In this document: piece by piece, positions 52,082 to 64,000 of the stretch
Numbering within the stretch: the stretch's first letter is position 1
How the letters are laid out: each line of letters starts with the position of its first letter
Assembly (NCBI GenBank): GCA_043228905.1
Contig: JBHGNT010000002.1
Location: 5,456,001 to 5,520,000 of the forward strand
Origin: Azolla caroliniana
Taxonomy: Eukaryota > Plantae > Polypodiophyta
Reading direction: 5' to 3'
Length of the DNA: 64,000 nucleotides
The notes under the pieces: model-generated
Told to the model about the DNA's origin: nothing
The model's input: the letters and a program-made list of their open reading frames with translations, nothing else
Database searches by the model: none
Position numbers and translations under genes: made by a program

Positions 52082-52397
52082 GAGGCCATTGGAACCTTCC
52101 AGAACCTCAATTGAGAAAGATTGGCAAAAAGATTTCAGAACATTGAAAGGGGACATGGACCTTACAAAGAACAGCATTACACGTGGGGAGGGGACTAGGA
52201 ACCATGTGCATATGCACATGCACATGCTGAAACCATCAAGGACAAGGCACCTTTTCTTCTCTCCAAAGAAAGTCTTGAGAAAGATATGGGCATCAGTAAG
52301 CCAAACATCCGCAAGCAAAGTGGATATTATGATGTCAAGTGAGATGAGTTCAGGGAGCTCAGTCGGAAGTAGCCATTCAGTAGCTTCGAATGAGTGA
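48989..52397 (+). CDS. BTB/POZ-NPH3 domain protein (NRL family), 4 exons, 661 aa
   Basis: Exons 48989-49050, 49481-49550, 50101-51336, 51780-52397 (GT-AG, 1986 nt). Motifs [30 protein letters not shown]|[51 protein letters not shown]|[24 protein letters not shown]. Confidence 0.95.
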
Positions 52398-54461
52398 TGA
52401 TATGTATGTCTTGTGATGCAATTGTATATTAGTTTTGTGCATTAAAACTACATGTTTGGACATTTTGTAGCACACAATTTAATAGAGCAGGGGACACAAG
52501 TCTCTTACCTTTGTATTTGTATAGTTAATATAATAAATGGTGTTCTACTCAAAATGGAGAGCATGTTGTGTCTTGGGATCTTGGAACTGAGATACGTATA
52601 TTTGAGGGTTATTTGTGAAAATATCTCTCTTTATTTGAGGGTTGTGGCTAAGTTTTATGACTCAAGTTTTTGTGAGTATACCTTAAACTTTCTGCTGAAA
52701 TCGATTTACATGAGCTTCTCTGCATATTTCTTTGTATAGCCCTATTGCTGGCCACCATGACTAGTGTGCTCCCCAATTGCATGAATTTCACATCTCGGCT
52801 GTGCTGTAGATTCCATGAACATTCTGTGTCCTCGCATTGGAACCGTTATCTACACTTCTTGGACTGAATCGTGCGATGCTAATGATCTATCTTAGTAGCA
52901 TTCTTAAGGTCAAGTAATGTATCAAACTGGTTTCCTTTTTGCAGCCCCCCAGATATATGAGGTTAAGTATCGAGGAAAGAAAAGGTTCATACATCTCAAG
53001 CAAGATTCCAAAAATCTTAGAGGTCTATGAACTGAAATTTTGAACGAAAAGTGAACGTGCAAATTTTCTTGGTTAGCAACATGGCTGCTATTACTAGTGT
53101 TTCTGTCTGTTTTGTTTTCCTTCCTGGCATCTTGTCCCCAGGAAAGAAGAGATGTATATGTCTGAAGCAGAACTTCAAAAACCGATGGTGCTGGTGCTGT
53201 GGTATAAAGATGCTGAGGCAGCACCAAAGTCTCCTATTTTTCTTGTTTTATGGGGGCCATTGGTGTCAGCTTTTAGGCCATTCTGTTGATTTCTAAAATG
53301 CTACGGATATTCTTATACTAAGAAAGTAATTCTAATGGAAAAATGAGGTGAAAGATTCGAAATGATGCCATCAATATCAGAGCTTTTTTTCATCAGTGTA
53401 ATGCATTATAACTTTTAGTATGGATTTAGGAAAGTATAGAAAATTAACTCGTACAAGCACAATAGTGAATAATAATACAAAAGTAGTTTCTGTTAAATTT
53501 GTTGCCGGAAAATAAATACATATTCCTTCATTATAGTGTCTCTACAACTTTATTTCTTAGGTTATCTAGTATTCTGCGTCGATGTTTACTATTGGAGGAA
53601 AGCTTGTATATTGACATTTAATCTTACAAATTCCATAATCAAAGTGATTGAAATTATTAGAACCAGAAAGATTAAAGATGCACGTACCAGTATTAATCAC
53701 CGTTCAAACTACTTTATGCAATCAATTTCTAACTTCATATTACTCCAAGCATTTAGAATCCGACTCTTGTTCAAGAAAATTATGCTCGTTCGCTCTTTAG
53801 AATAACATTTCCGAAGAGTGAGGAAAGCATGAAGCAACCAGTCAGGTATATAATGAGATCTCTTTCTAGGTCATCACAACAGGTTCCAAAAGTCACGTTT
53901 TAATGCTTGGGAGGCATTGTGAGGTTTCTCAAATGTACCATATATATAACACCACCCCATGGATTAGTAAGATGCACATAAATTCAACAAGTGTACAAAA
54001 ATGCAGCCGAAGTTACAAAGATTCATAAATCCCTGAAGAAAATACATTAACCATACCATGGTTTCTTTTTATGTAGTATTAATATTCAAATCCAACATGA
54101 GTAGATGGGCCTCTGAATATATATATCCAAAATCAGAGTTATTTAGTTCCATCCTTGCTTCAGAAAAATAAAGTATTATACATATATATAAAGTTAATGT
54201 GGTCAGCATATCTCTTAGAGAACACTTTTTAACATACAAACACTTAATTTGGGTGCAAGATTGCTCAAAGTTCAAACTACACACAGACAAACACATCTCC
54301 ATGTCCAGCTCCACTGCGTACACACTGCATGACATTTGATGTATACATTTTTCCCCTTCTTGCTTGCACAGAGGAAAGGTGGAACTTTATTTTGAGTGAG
54401 ATCATTCCTGCATTTTGTGCAGGTTATAAGGCAGACTAATAACAAGATAATCATATAATCG

Positions 54462-57400
54462 TTATACTGGATATGAGACCATAATAGAATCAATCAGTTC
54501 TTGAAGAGGTGCAAGCTCTTTCTTGTCAATCAGCCCAAATTCCTGTCAAAACATTTAGTATTCGTCCATATCAAAAACATGGGTGAAATATTCTTATCAT
54601 ATTTTTTTACTTCACCAAAGCTTAAAGAAGTTGTTGCATACATATGTGTAAAGAATGAAGTGTTTGAAACATGTGTTGAGATGCGCTTCCTCCTTGAGGT
54701 TCACAATTTTCTGAAAATGTGAATGATATATGTGTGCATACACACGAAATAATCTCTTGAAGATTATCTTAACAACATCCTTGAAATTCGGAGGGAAAGG
54801 AGCACCTATATCGATCAATAAAAAACAACATTCATCTCTTGTAGAGAATTAGACTACTTCAACATCTCTACACATGCCAAAGTGACATATATATAAGACC
54901 AGAAAATGTTACAATCATAATGTCAGGAGATCTCTCCATAGAAAAAGAAAACTTGAAATAAATTGTATCTACTTCTTTAAGAACGTTATAACAGAGACAT
55001 TTCACATGTACCTACCTAACCGTTGCGGGAATATGGACTCGTCATCTAGCTGCCCCTCTATCCAATTCATCAAAAATTCAACATATTTTGGAGCAGATAC
55101 TTCTATTGGCTTCTTGATTTGTACGCCATCAGCCCACCTATATTCATACCTGGGAAAAAGAGGGGAAAAAAAAGTTAACTTGAGATTGTTCTCACATAAT
55201 CCCTTGCTTTGAAGAGTCTTACATACTTAGGCCCTGCAGACATTGTGGGGCAATTCTCGGCTGTACAAAATTCTGAAAGTGTCCCATAAAGTAAATTGAC
55301 CTGATTGAAGAAATCAACAGCTGCAGATCCAGGATCAAAGACATGATTCAGATATTTTTACTTGTACTTTGTCAGCATTATACAAAAGTCCCTCTTCCAA
55401 AGTAAACTGTACACAGATTTATCTTACTATGTGGCTGATGCCCATATCCGAGTTTATATTACTTGTATAACAGCTTGCTTTCTTGCTCTTCCAAGGAGAA
55501 CAAAACCCATCTTGTGATGCATTATGTGAGAATGATGTCAACACTCCAACAAGGGAATAGCAGTTACAAGTTCTTAAAAGAACAGTTGATATATTAAGTA
55601 TTAGTACATATTCCCTGCTTGGCTTCTGCAGAAACTACATAAAAGAGATGGGAAAGCTCAATGCCTAATTATTGAAGTATAAGAACATCTGAACAAAGAG
55701 TGCTATCCTATTTCATCTTCCAATAAGGAATGGGAAGTTAAAGTCAACATACTAAGATTCTATTTCTACGCTGGATTTGGGTGGGATTGCGACTCAGACA
55801 GGTACATTGCTTATCTCCCCAAGACCCCTTCTTACCATATGCATGAAAGATATCCAAACTTCAAGCATTTCTTAATTTCCTAAAAGTGAAGAGTGAAAAT
55901 GAAACTCCATTTCTGTTGTTCTCAAAGACGAGACAACAGTTAAGATGTAATCTCTTGTTTGGTCTTGGTAATATTTATTTTATTTTCATTTGTTGTTCTC
56001 AAAGATGAGACAACACTTAAGATGTAATCTCTTGTTTGGTCTTATAGGCCATTTTGGCCTCTTGAAAGACGTTATTATATCTTTCTTTCTTTCTGCTTCA
56101 CTCACTTCAGAAACCTCTCCATTCTGGATCAACCTATGCTAGAGATCTTTCAAAGACAAAAATTACAATATATCTGACTTGAGAATCTTACATGTGCCGA
56201 TAACAAGATTCTTTAGTCTGTTTTTATCTTATTTACTTCTTCTTTTTTGTTTGTTTACTTAAAGACAAGACAGCACTTAAAATGTGGTCTCTTGTTTGGT
56301 CTTATAGTCCATTTTGGCCTCTTAAAAGACATTAGTATTTCTTTCTTTCTTTCTGCATGCAGAACTGTGAGATCTGATGAGCATGTTCTTGGTGATTGGA
56401 AAAACGAAAAAAGCAAACTAATACCACTCAGGTAAAAATGCTTATATTGAATCCTCTTGTATGCTGGCATTTCTATGGACAAGGTGATGGGCATCAGCAA
56501 GGAAGCTCACAATAAGACAGGTTCTTATCTTCATACACTAATGTCTCACATCTAATTATTATCATCAAGTTTCTTCCCCTTTTTCCCACAAAGCATAAAT
56601 TGGAGTTCAAATGAACTCGTGTGCTTGGTGTTTGAAAAAATTAACAAAGCACTTAGCTATAACCAAGCAGATAAATAGCACTTCAATGAACAATGTTATG
56701 AATATCAGTTAAGAAGCTCACTTAAGACAGCAGTGTTCTAAATTGTTTTCAGGTTCCATAGGCTACAGATCACTTGTTGTATCTCTCTGCTCTATGCACC
56801 GCACTCAGCTAACTTATCCATAGAGTTCTAATCACTACACTGATTAGATCTTCTCATCAGTTACCTTGTCTCTTCCACAATCATCACATCTGTGTCCTTA
56901 TGATAGCCGTAATACTCCACTGCATCACTATGAGAAAGTGGTTCACACATTTGGTTCGGCAACCTTTTTCTTCATTTCTTGCCATTCACCAGGAAAAGAA
57001 CATCCTCATGAATTTAGCTAATCAATAAGGAGAATCAAGCTGAGATGATAATTTTTAGAAAGAAATATTTGCCCCAAAGGTCACAAATGAAGCTCACCAT
57101 GTCCCACCTATGTCTTTTTTTATCACCTATGAAAAAGTTAAATATGCATTATGGTGCCAGGATATACTCTGATTTGGACAACGTTTAAGGTTGATAGATC
57201 CAAGAGTTTCCTGATTGAATCACACAAAGTTTTTGTTGGCCTTCCTTAGCACATAAGGCTACACCTATAGTGAGACATGCTACGAAAAAGATTATGATGG
57301 AGAAAACCAAAAGTGACACTAACAACGAGCTAGCTTTAAAGCACTCAGTGAGAATAATAGATTGCTTTTGGATATTGCAAGAATTGGGAAATTAAGAGAG

Positions 57401-57874
57401 GGAATACAGAGTACTTACTACAAAGATGAAAAGAAGTTTCTCAGTTGCTTTCATTGTAGGAGAAAAAAATTGTCCCTACTTATCATATTCTGTTTTTTTT
57501 TGTTTTTCCTTTATGTGTTTCCGACAAGGACTAACTTCATCCAACAATAGATATGAGGAAGTCTTTGTAAAACTGTACCATCACTTACCTACAAAAAATA
57601 TATGAGAGTATACAAACTTACTATTCACGGCAAGCCATTCATACATATCTTCACCAGGAGGAAGCCGAACAGCCTCCCGTAAGTTTCCACTACCTAGGGT
57701 TGCATCAATATGTCTCCGTAGTTGTGCACCCTAGAAAAGCACAGAAGGTATTCCGGCATGTTTACATACAAAACCCATTCGAAAAAAATCATAAATCAGT
57801 CTAAAAGGTTCTGAAAGCATACCTTGCTTCCTGATGGAGTACTTTTTTTTGGGCGAAATGTCCGTTGATTGTTC
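54462..57874 (-). CDS. MOB1: MOB kinase activator 1 (MOB1), exons 2-7; first coding exon not found in window
   Basis: Exons (minus): 57874-57823 ([17 protein letters not shown]), 57730-57622 ([36 protein letters not shown]), 55320-55227 ([18 protein letters not shown]), 55149-55016 (YEYRWADG...FPQRL), 54805-54642 ([30 protein letters not shown]), 54542-54462 ([26 protein letters not shown]). All GT-AG, phases consistent. Confidence 0.95.
55914..56354 (+). repeat. Three local copies of a short element in MOB1 intron 3; two end in the dispersed hairpin + (CTTT)n motif (copies C and D)
   Basis: ctcaaagacgagacaacagttaagatgtaatctcttgtttggtctt-like sequence at ~55920, ~55997 and ~56258. Tails at 56047-56094 and 56307-56354. 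Confidence 0.75.
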
Positions 57875-58096
57875 CTGTATCATTCAATGAAATGGTGATC
57901 TTAAAGTCAAATTGACTCAACTGATTGTTGAAATAGAGAAAACAGGATACAAATAAATTGAAGTTGGGAATGCAATCATAACTCTCTAATTCTCAACAAT
58001 CAGCCATGCACTTGTTGTGAGAAAACTGTTATGAACGGCAGTAAGGTGCCGAAGTGGCTAGTAACAGCAGAAAAATAAACTTAAATAAGAACTATA

Positions 58097-58467
58097 TGTT
58101 GGGAATAAAGGGCCATCGTGCCTTTTATTAGTGCATGAGTGTGAACGCACTCGTAGCACACTTTTGAGTTGTATATACATAATATCTAAAAACCAAAAAA
58201 GAGGTACACTCTTTGTACCCAAGACAACGTGCATCTCTGTCTCTCACTCAGACTCTCTCTATTGGGAATAAAGGGCCACCGTGCCTTTTATTAGTGCACG
58301 AGTGTGAACGCACTCGTAGCACACTTTTGAGTTGTATATACATAATATCTAAAAACCAAAAAAGAGGTACACTCTTTTGTACCCAAGACAGCGTGCATCT
58401 CTCTCTCTCACTCAAACTCTCTCCCTCTTTGTTTTTGACCTAAACCCTAATCCTCGTGCTGCCTTCA
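58097..58467 (+). mobile_element. 5' LTR of Ty1/Copia element, with an internal 163-bp tandem duplication
   Basis: Starts TGTTG at 58097 and ends ...TTCA at 58467. PBS TGGTATCAGAGCC (tRNA-iMet) follows at 58471-58483. Confidence 0.85.
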
Positions 58468-61150
58468 AACTGGTATCAGAGCCAAGGTTTAGGGTTTTAT
58501 GCAGAGAAAAGTTTAGGGTTTTCTGCAGAGCAGAGTTTAGGGTTTCTGCAGAGCAGGTCATGTTTTCTGCAGTGCAGGTTTGGTCCTTCGTTTGGGCTAA
58601 AATCATGACTAGCAGCAGTGAAAGTAGCCACCTTATGCACATCAAGAAGCTTGAGGGTGCACATAACTTTGCGGTTTGGAAAAAGCAGTGCTACAACATC
58701 CTGCTACAAAAGAAGCATGCAAAGCCTATAAAAGTCAAAGGGGTAAAGCCTATAGATATGGACGAAGATGATTGACAAGAGTTGAATGAGCTTGTACGCT
58801 CGACTATTGAGTTGTCGATTTCTGATGCCTTGCTTTTTAATATTGAAGGTTTGGACTCTGCCTATTCTATATGGATTAGACTAGAGGAACTGTATGCCCA
58901 AAAGACGGCAGCTAGCAAAGTTTATTGGCTTAAGAAACTTATGGATTTACGTATAACAGAGGGTACACCCATGTCAACTCACCTGAGTGAGTTCAATTCC
59001 ATTTTCAGCCAGTTGATTGCATTGAAATTCATCATTGATGATGAGTTTAAGGCCACGTTTTTACTTTGCACCTTGCCAGAAAGTTGGGATACTTTCAGGA
59101 CTGCTATGAGCAATTCAAATGCGATGCTTCTTTATGCCGATGTAGAGAGTTCTCTACTCATGGAAGAGATGAGTCAGCAAAATAATGCATCCAATAAGTT
59201 CTCTAGTGCGTTGCATATGAGGGGTAGGTCACAACAAAGAGACAAATCTGATAGTTATGGCCGTAGTAAATCACGTGGTAAAGATGTAGAATGCCATCAC
59301 TGTGGCAAAAAGGGTCACTTTAAACGTGATTGTTTCAAATGGAAGAAAGAGAAAGGAAAGGGCAAGAAGATAGATGATTTCATAGAAGAAAAGAGAGACA
59401 TTCAACCGAGGAAAGGCAATACTAAAAGTGAAGAGGTGAATGTAGTCACTCATGATAGTGATAGTGGAAATGATGTACTCTTTGTTTCATCATGCCATAG
59501 AGAACATGCTTTACTTGCAGATACGGATGGTGACATGCACACTTGGATACTCGATTCCGGTGCTTCTTTTCACGTCACCCCTCATCGTGAGTGGTTTTCA
59601 GATTACATAGGGGGTCGACATGGTGTTGTCCATCTTGGGGACAACTATGCATGTGAAATTGCAGGTATTGGCACTGTGCAATTACAGTCTCAGCATGGTT
59701 CGGCTTTCACACTTCAGCATGTACGGCATGTACCTCAGCTCAAGAAGAGCTTGATTAGCACAGGACAGCTAGATGATGATGGATTTCACACAACCTTTGG
59801 TGATGGGAAATGGAAGATTTGTAAGGGATCTAGAGTTATTGCCAAGGGTAGTAAAAGTGATACTTTGTATCCTCTCCATGTATCTAGTGTGAGTGACCAT
59901 GTTGCCATAATCGAGCAGCCTAGTGTTTCTTTGTGGCATGGCCGGTTGGGACACATGAGTGAAACTGGTATGAAAGTACTTTCTCGTTTGGGTTACTTGC
60001 CGTGTCTTTGTTATGCTGATTTTGAACATTGTGATCATTGCATTTATGGTAAAAATGTACAAACATCTCATAAAAAGTCTCTTTTGCTGAAGTCGTCCCC
60101 GCTTGAGTTAGTACATTCAGATGTATGTTAGATGCCAGGGCTATCATTAGGGGGAAAGAAATACTTAGTCACTTTTGTCGATGATGCTACACGGAAGGTA
60201 TGGGTTTACCCTATTCGTAGCAAGGATGAAGTGCTCGACAAATTTCGAACATTTTTGGCATTAGTTGAGAATCAAATTGATAAGACACTTAAGTGTCTTC
60301 ACTCTGACAATGGTGGGGAATATGTGTCCAAGGCTTTTCAAGCATTTTGTGACAGCAAAGGGATAAAGAGGGAACTCACTGCCCCTTATAATCCACCCCA
60401 AAATGGAGTTGCAGAGCGTATGAATCGGACTATTCAAGATAAGGTCCGTACTATGCTGTCTCATGCTGCGTTACCCCATGGTTTTTGGGCAGAGGCTGTT
60501 ATGACAGCTGTTCACTTGATTAATCGGTCACCTAACAGGTCTTTGGGAGGGGGAATACCCCAAGAAGCGTGGTCGGGCAAGCCACCTTCATATGCTCACT
60601 TGAGAGTGTTTGGCTGTAAGGCTTTTGTGCATATTCGTAAAGAAGAACGCAACAAACTTGAGCCAAAGTCCTGCAAATGTATTTTCCTAGGATATGGTGA
60701 TGAGGGTGAAATGGGGTATAGATTGTGGGATCCCGAGAAAAGAAAAATAGTACGCAGCAATGATGTTATCTTCCGGGAAAATCGCATGCATAAACAACCT
60801 GAAAAGGCTGAGGAAGTATGTAGGGTTGTATTCCGAGAAGAAATACCTTTTAGACAGGAAAATGTGCCCACTGTACAGCAGCAAACACCTGCTGTAAACT
60901 TACCTGCAAATGCAGAAAATGAGGTTGGAAATGATCAACCAGCCTTTGCCAATAATGATGAGCCACCAAATGTGCAGGAATGCCTAGAACAGCAAGCTGT
61001 TAATGCTGATTTGCAGGCTGGAATGCCTGGACAGCAAGTTGAAAATGATGATTTGCAAGCTCAACAGCTACCAAACAATGAGCATTGGGTTAGGAGATCG
61101 TCTAGAGTTACTAGACAGCCTGACAGATTTGTTCCTGATGCAAACAGTGT

Positions 61151-61406
61151 GGCTGATTATGTCATGGTAACTGATTGTGGCGAACTGACTTGCTTCAAGG
61201 AAGCAATGGACAGACAGGACAATAAGAAATGGTATAAAGCCATGTTGTCAGAGATGGAATCTCTTGAGAAAAATGACAGGCTGATTATGTCATGGTAACT
61301 GATTGTGGCGAACTGACTTGCTTCAAGGAAGCAATGGACAGACAGGACAATAAGAAATGGTATAAAGCCATGTTGTCAGAGATGGAATCTCTTGAGAAAA
61401 ATGACA
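61151..61406 (+). repeat. Exact 128-bp tandem duplication inside Copia pol
   Basis: 61151-61278 is identical to 61279-61406. Confidence 0.95.
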
Positions 61407-62224
61407 CTTGGGATTTGGTGCAGTTGCCTAAAGGGCAGAAAACATTTCCATGCAAATGGGTTTATAAAATGACGGTCATTTCTGATTCCTCGCCAAAGTA
61501 CAAAGCAAGGTTGGTTGCAAAAGGATACAAGCAGGAATATGGAGTTGATTTTGATGAGATCTTCTTGCCTGTAGTCAAGATGACTACATTAAGAATCATT
61601 TTGGGCTTAGTTGCAGCTGAAGATATGGAACTCATACAGATGGATGTGAAGACCGCCTTTTTACATGGCAATCTGCATGAAGACATATATATGCAGCAGC
61701 CTGAAGGTTTTGTGGCTAAAGGCAAAGAGAAGATGGTTTGTAAGCTCAAAAGGAGTTTGTATGGGTTGAAACAAGCACCAAGAGAATGGTATCATAAATT
61801 TGATGCATTTATGCAGTCTCAAGGTTTTCGTAGAAGTCAAGTGGACCACTGCTTGTACACCAAGAAGGCAGGAGATGGCAGCCTGATTATCTTGGTTTTG
61901 TATGTTGACGATATGTTGATTGCTGGCAAGGATGTTCATGCCTTGAATTCATTGAAGCAAATCCTTCATGGCAGCTTTGATATGAAGGATCTTGCTGATG
62001 CAAATCACATCCTTGGCATGCGAATACTCCAAAACCGGTCGAAAGGGGTACTTTTTCTATCTCAGCAGGAGTATATCTCTAAGGTTTTGCAGCGTTTCAA
62101 TACGGAGGGGGGAAAAACAATTGGGGTTCCATTACCTCCATATTTGAAACTCAGTGCAGAAGACAGCCCTACATCTGATGATGAGAAGGCTGAAATGGCT
62201 AAGGTTCCATATGCTTCTGCCGTA

Positions 62225-64000
62225 ACTTCATCCTCTTCAACCAAATCAGTTGCTGGCTCATCTAACACCGAGACTGAAGCTTGGCTAGATAAGGATTCTC
62301 GTGCCCATGCTTTCCTCATGTTTAATATTAAACCGAGCATCGCTCATCAATTTCAAGATACAGATGAAGAGATAGCCAATGAACTATGGACATCCATCAA
62401 AAAGAGGTACCATCAAGCTAAACATGCTCAAATGATAGCTATTGAGAACCAACTAGCTAATCTCAAGATTCATGACACTCCCAACATCATGGATCAAATA
62501 ACACAATTTGTTACTCTCCAAAAGGAACTAGTTTCTTTGGGAAGCAAGTCAACTGAAGTTGAGTTTGTGCATCGTCTAATGATAAAGTTGCCTGAGTCAT
62601 TCTCAGCATTTTGTGACACAATTTCTCTTCTTCCCAACACACCTGATATGAATACATTTCTTGGTATGCTACAAGATAGGGCAACAAGGAAGAAAAGTGC
62701 TCAAACTTCCAATGAGACGCTTCTACATGCGAAAAGTAAAGGCAAGTGGAAGCAAAATGGTAACTCCTACAACAAACTCAACCCAAGACCACCAAACAAC
62801 CCAGCCTACAAGGAGCTTACCTGTCATTATTGTGGCCACAAAGGTCACATTCAGCCCGACTGTCAGAAAAAGAAAAGAGACGATGCCAGGAAATCTTCTT
62901 CTACTGAAAATCAACCTACACTGAAATCCAACTCAGCCCACTCAGCCCACTCAGCCAAAGAAACAATTTTCCTTGGCATTGAGGAACATACTTCACATTT
63001 GGCTGGACCAACTACCTCAACCATTGATGAGTGGCTAGTAGATAGTGGTGCCACTTCACACATGAACTATGACAAATCCATTTTGCATGATGTGAAGCCT
63101 AGCTCTTCCCAAATCTCTATAGGAGATGCCTCAAGCATTGAGGCTTCATGTGTGGGTAGTGTGTTTCTTGACAATTCTTCAAATGAAGAACCTGTCGTTC
63201 TTCAAGATGTGCTACATGTGCCTCTAATCTCTGCCAACCTACTTTCGGTCTACAAAATCGCTAAGCAAGGTTATGGAGTCTACTTTGATAGCTCAGTTTT
63301 GGAAGTGATTGACACCAACAGCCTACAAATTGTAGCTAGTGGCACATAAGAAGGGGGTTTATATCGCCTAAAAAGCTCCCATAGCCCCTTGGAAAAGTCC
63401 AAATCTCATCTTCTTCAAGGCTCTCATGCGTTGGTTGCACAAGAAGATCCCACGTTGTGGCATGCTAGGTTTGGTCATCTCAACTATGATTCTCTTCAAA
63501 AGCTCTCCTCTTCCCAACTAGTTGAGGGTCTTCCTATTTTCAAATCTCCCAATACCCCATGTGTTGCTTGTCTTCATGGCAAGCAACATCAAGAGCCTTT
63601 CCCTCATGAAGCCACTCACCGTTCAACATCTATCTTGGAGTTAGTGCACATGGATCTTTGTGGTCCCATGAAAACCACTACTCTTGGTGGTGTGCGCTAC
63701 TTCATGCTTATAATTGATGATTTCTCCCGCAAGGTTTGGGTTTATTTTCTTGTAGAAAAATCCCAAGCCTTCACAAAATTTCAAGAATGCGTATCTCTCG
63801 TGGAGAATGAGACATCAAAGAAAGTTTGAAAGATCAAGTCGGACAATGGTGGAGAGTTTATCTCCCACGCTTTCCACCATTTTTGCTCTCAACGAGGCAT
63901 TGCTCGCCAATTTTCTACACCTAGTACCCCTCAACAAAATGGAGTCGTGGAAAGGAAGAACCAGACAGTCCAAGAGATGGTTCGTACGATGCTATCTCAA
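62225..64000 (+). mobile_element. Second, distinct Ty1/Copia (gag-PR-IN) fused to element 1, running off the window
   Basis: Gag AWLDKDSRA...ELWTSIKKRY; zinc knuckle CHYCGHKGHIQPDC; protease WLVDSGATSHM; LWHARFGHLN; integrase LVHMDLCGPM, IDDFSR, SDNGGEF, QQNGVVERKN. Stops at 63347 and 63827. Confidence 0.95.

Larger units (their letters stand above)
58097..62224 (+). mobile_element. Ty1/Copia retrotransposon 1 (gag-PR-IN-RT), inactivated
   Basis: Gag from ATG 58605; zinc knuckle CHHCGKKGHFKRDC; protease WILDSGASFH; LWHGRLGH; integrase TFVDD...SDNGGEY...NGVAERMNRT; RT MDVKTAFLHG, LYGLKQAPR, LYVDDMLI. Stops at 58773 and 60129, and a frameshifting 128-bp duplication. Confidence 0.97.

Noticed and set aside
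4738-52397. COP1 plus NPH3-family gene as a light-signalling cluster
   Set aside because: They are ~37 kb apart with unrelated genes between, the NRL is not evidently NPH3/RPT2 itself, and nothing in the sequence shows co-regulation.
56865-56990. Exon-like minus-strand frame [27 protein letters not shown] with a donor site in MOB1 intron 3
   Set aside because: No clear acceptor or recognisable family, and the MOB1 frame is complete without it. A tBLASTn or RNA-seq check would be needed.

Overview
Eukaryotic land-plant nuclear DNA: AT-rich, with GT-AG introns, TTTAGGG-type motifs and Copia/Gypsy/hAT debris. A seed-free plant such as a fern is plausible but not proven. There are no CRISPR arrays, rRNA genes or intact tRNA genes. 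Five well-supported genes: a 13-exon COP1 (minus, 4738-12246), a 4-exon ~979-aa coiled-coil gene resembling the Arabidopsis At2g39300/At3g55060 family (plus, 19995-24252), a PHOS32/34-like universal stress protein (plus, 45221-45889), a 4-exon BTB-NPH3 (NRL) gene (plus, 48989-52397) and MOB1 (minus, exons 2-7 at 54462-57874; exon 1 not found). There is also a probable small QCR10-like gene at 39008. The last 6 kb is a Ty1/Copia element, apparently inside MOB1 intron 1, with a duplicated LTR segment, an exact 128-bp internal duplication and an in-frame fusion to a second Copia. The most unusual item is an 852-bp hAT-type non-autonomous element in COP1 intron 9, with a perfect 8-bp TSD, carrying tandem tRNA-like (Pol III A/B-box) units. 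I found no convincing new multi-gene system. All family assignments come from recalled motifs, not database searches.
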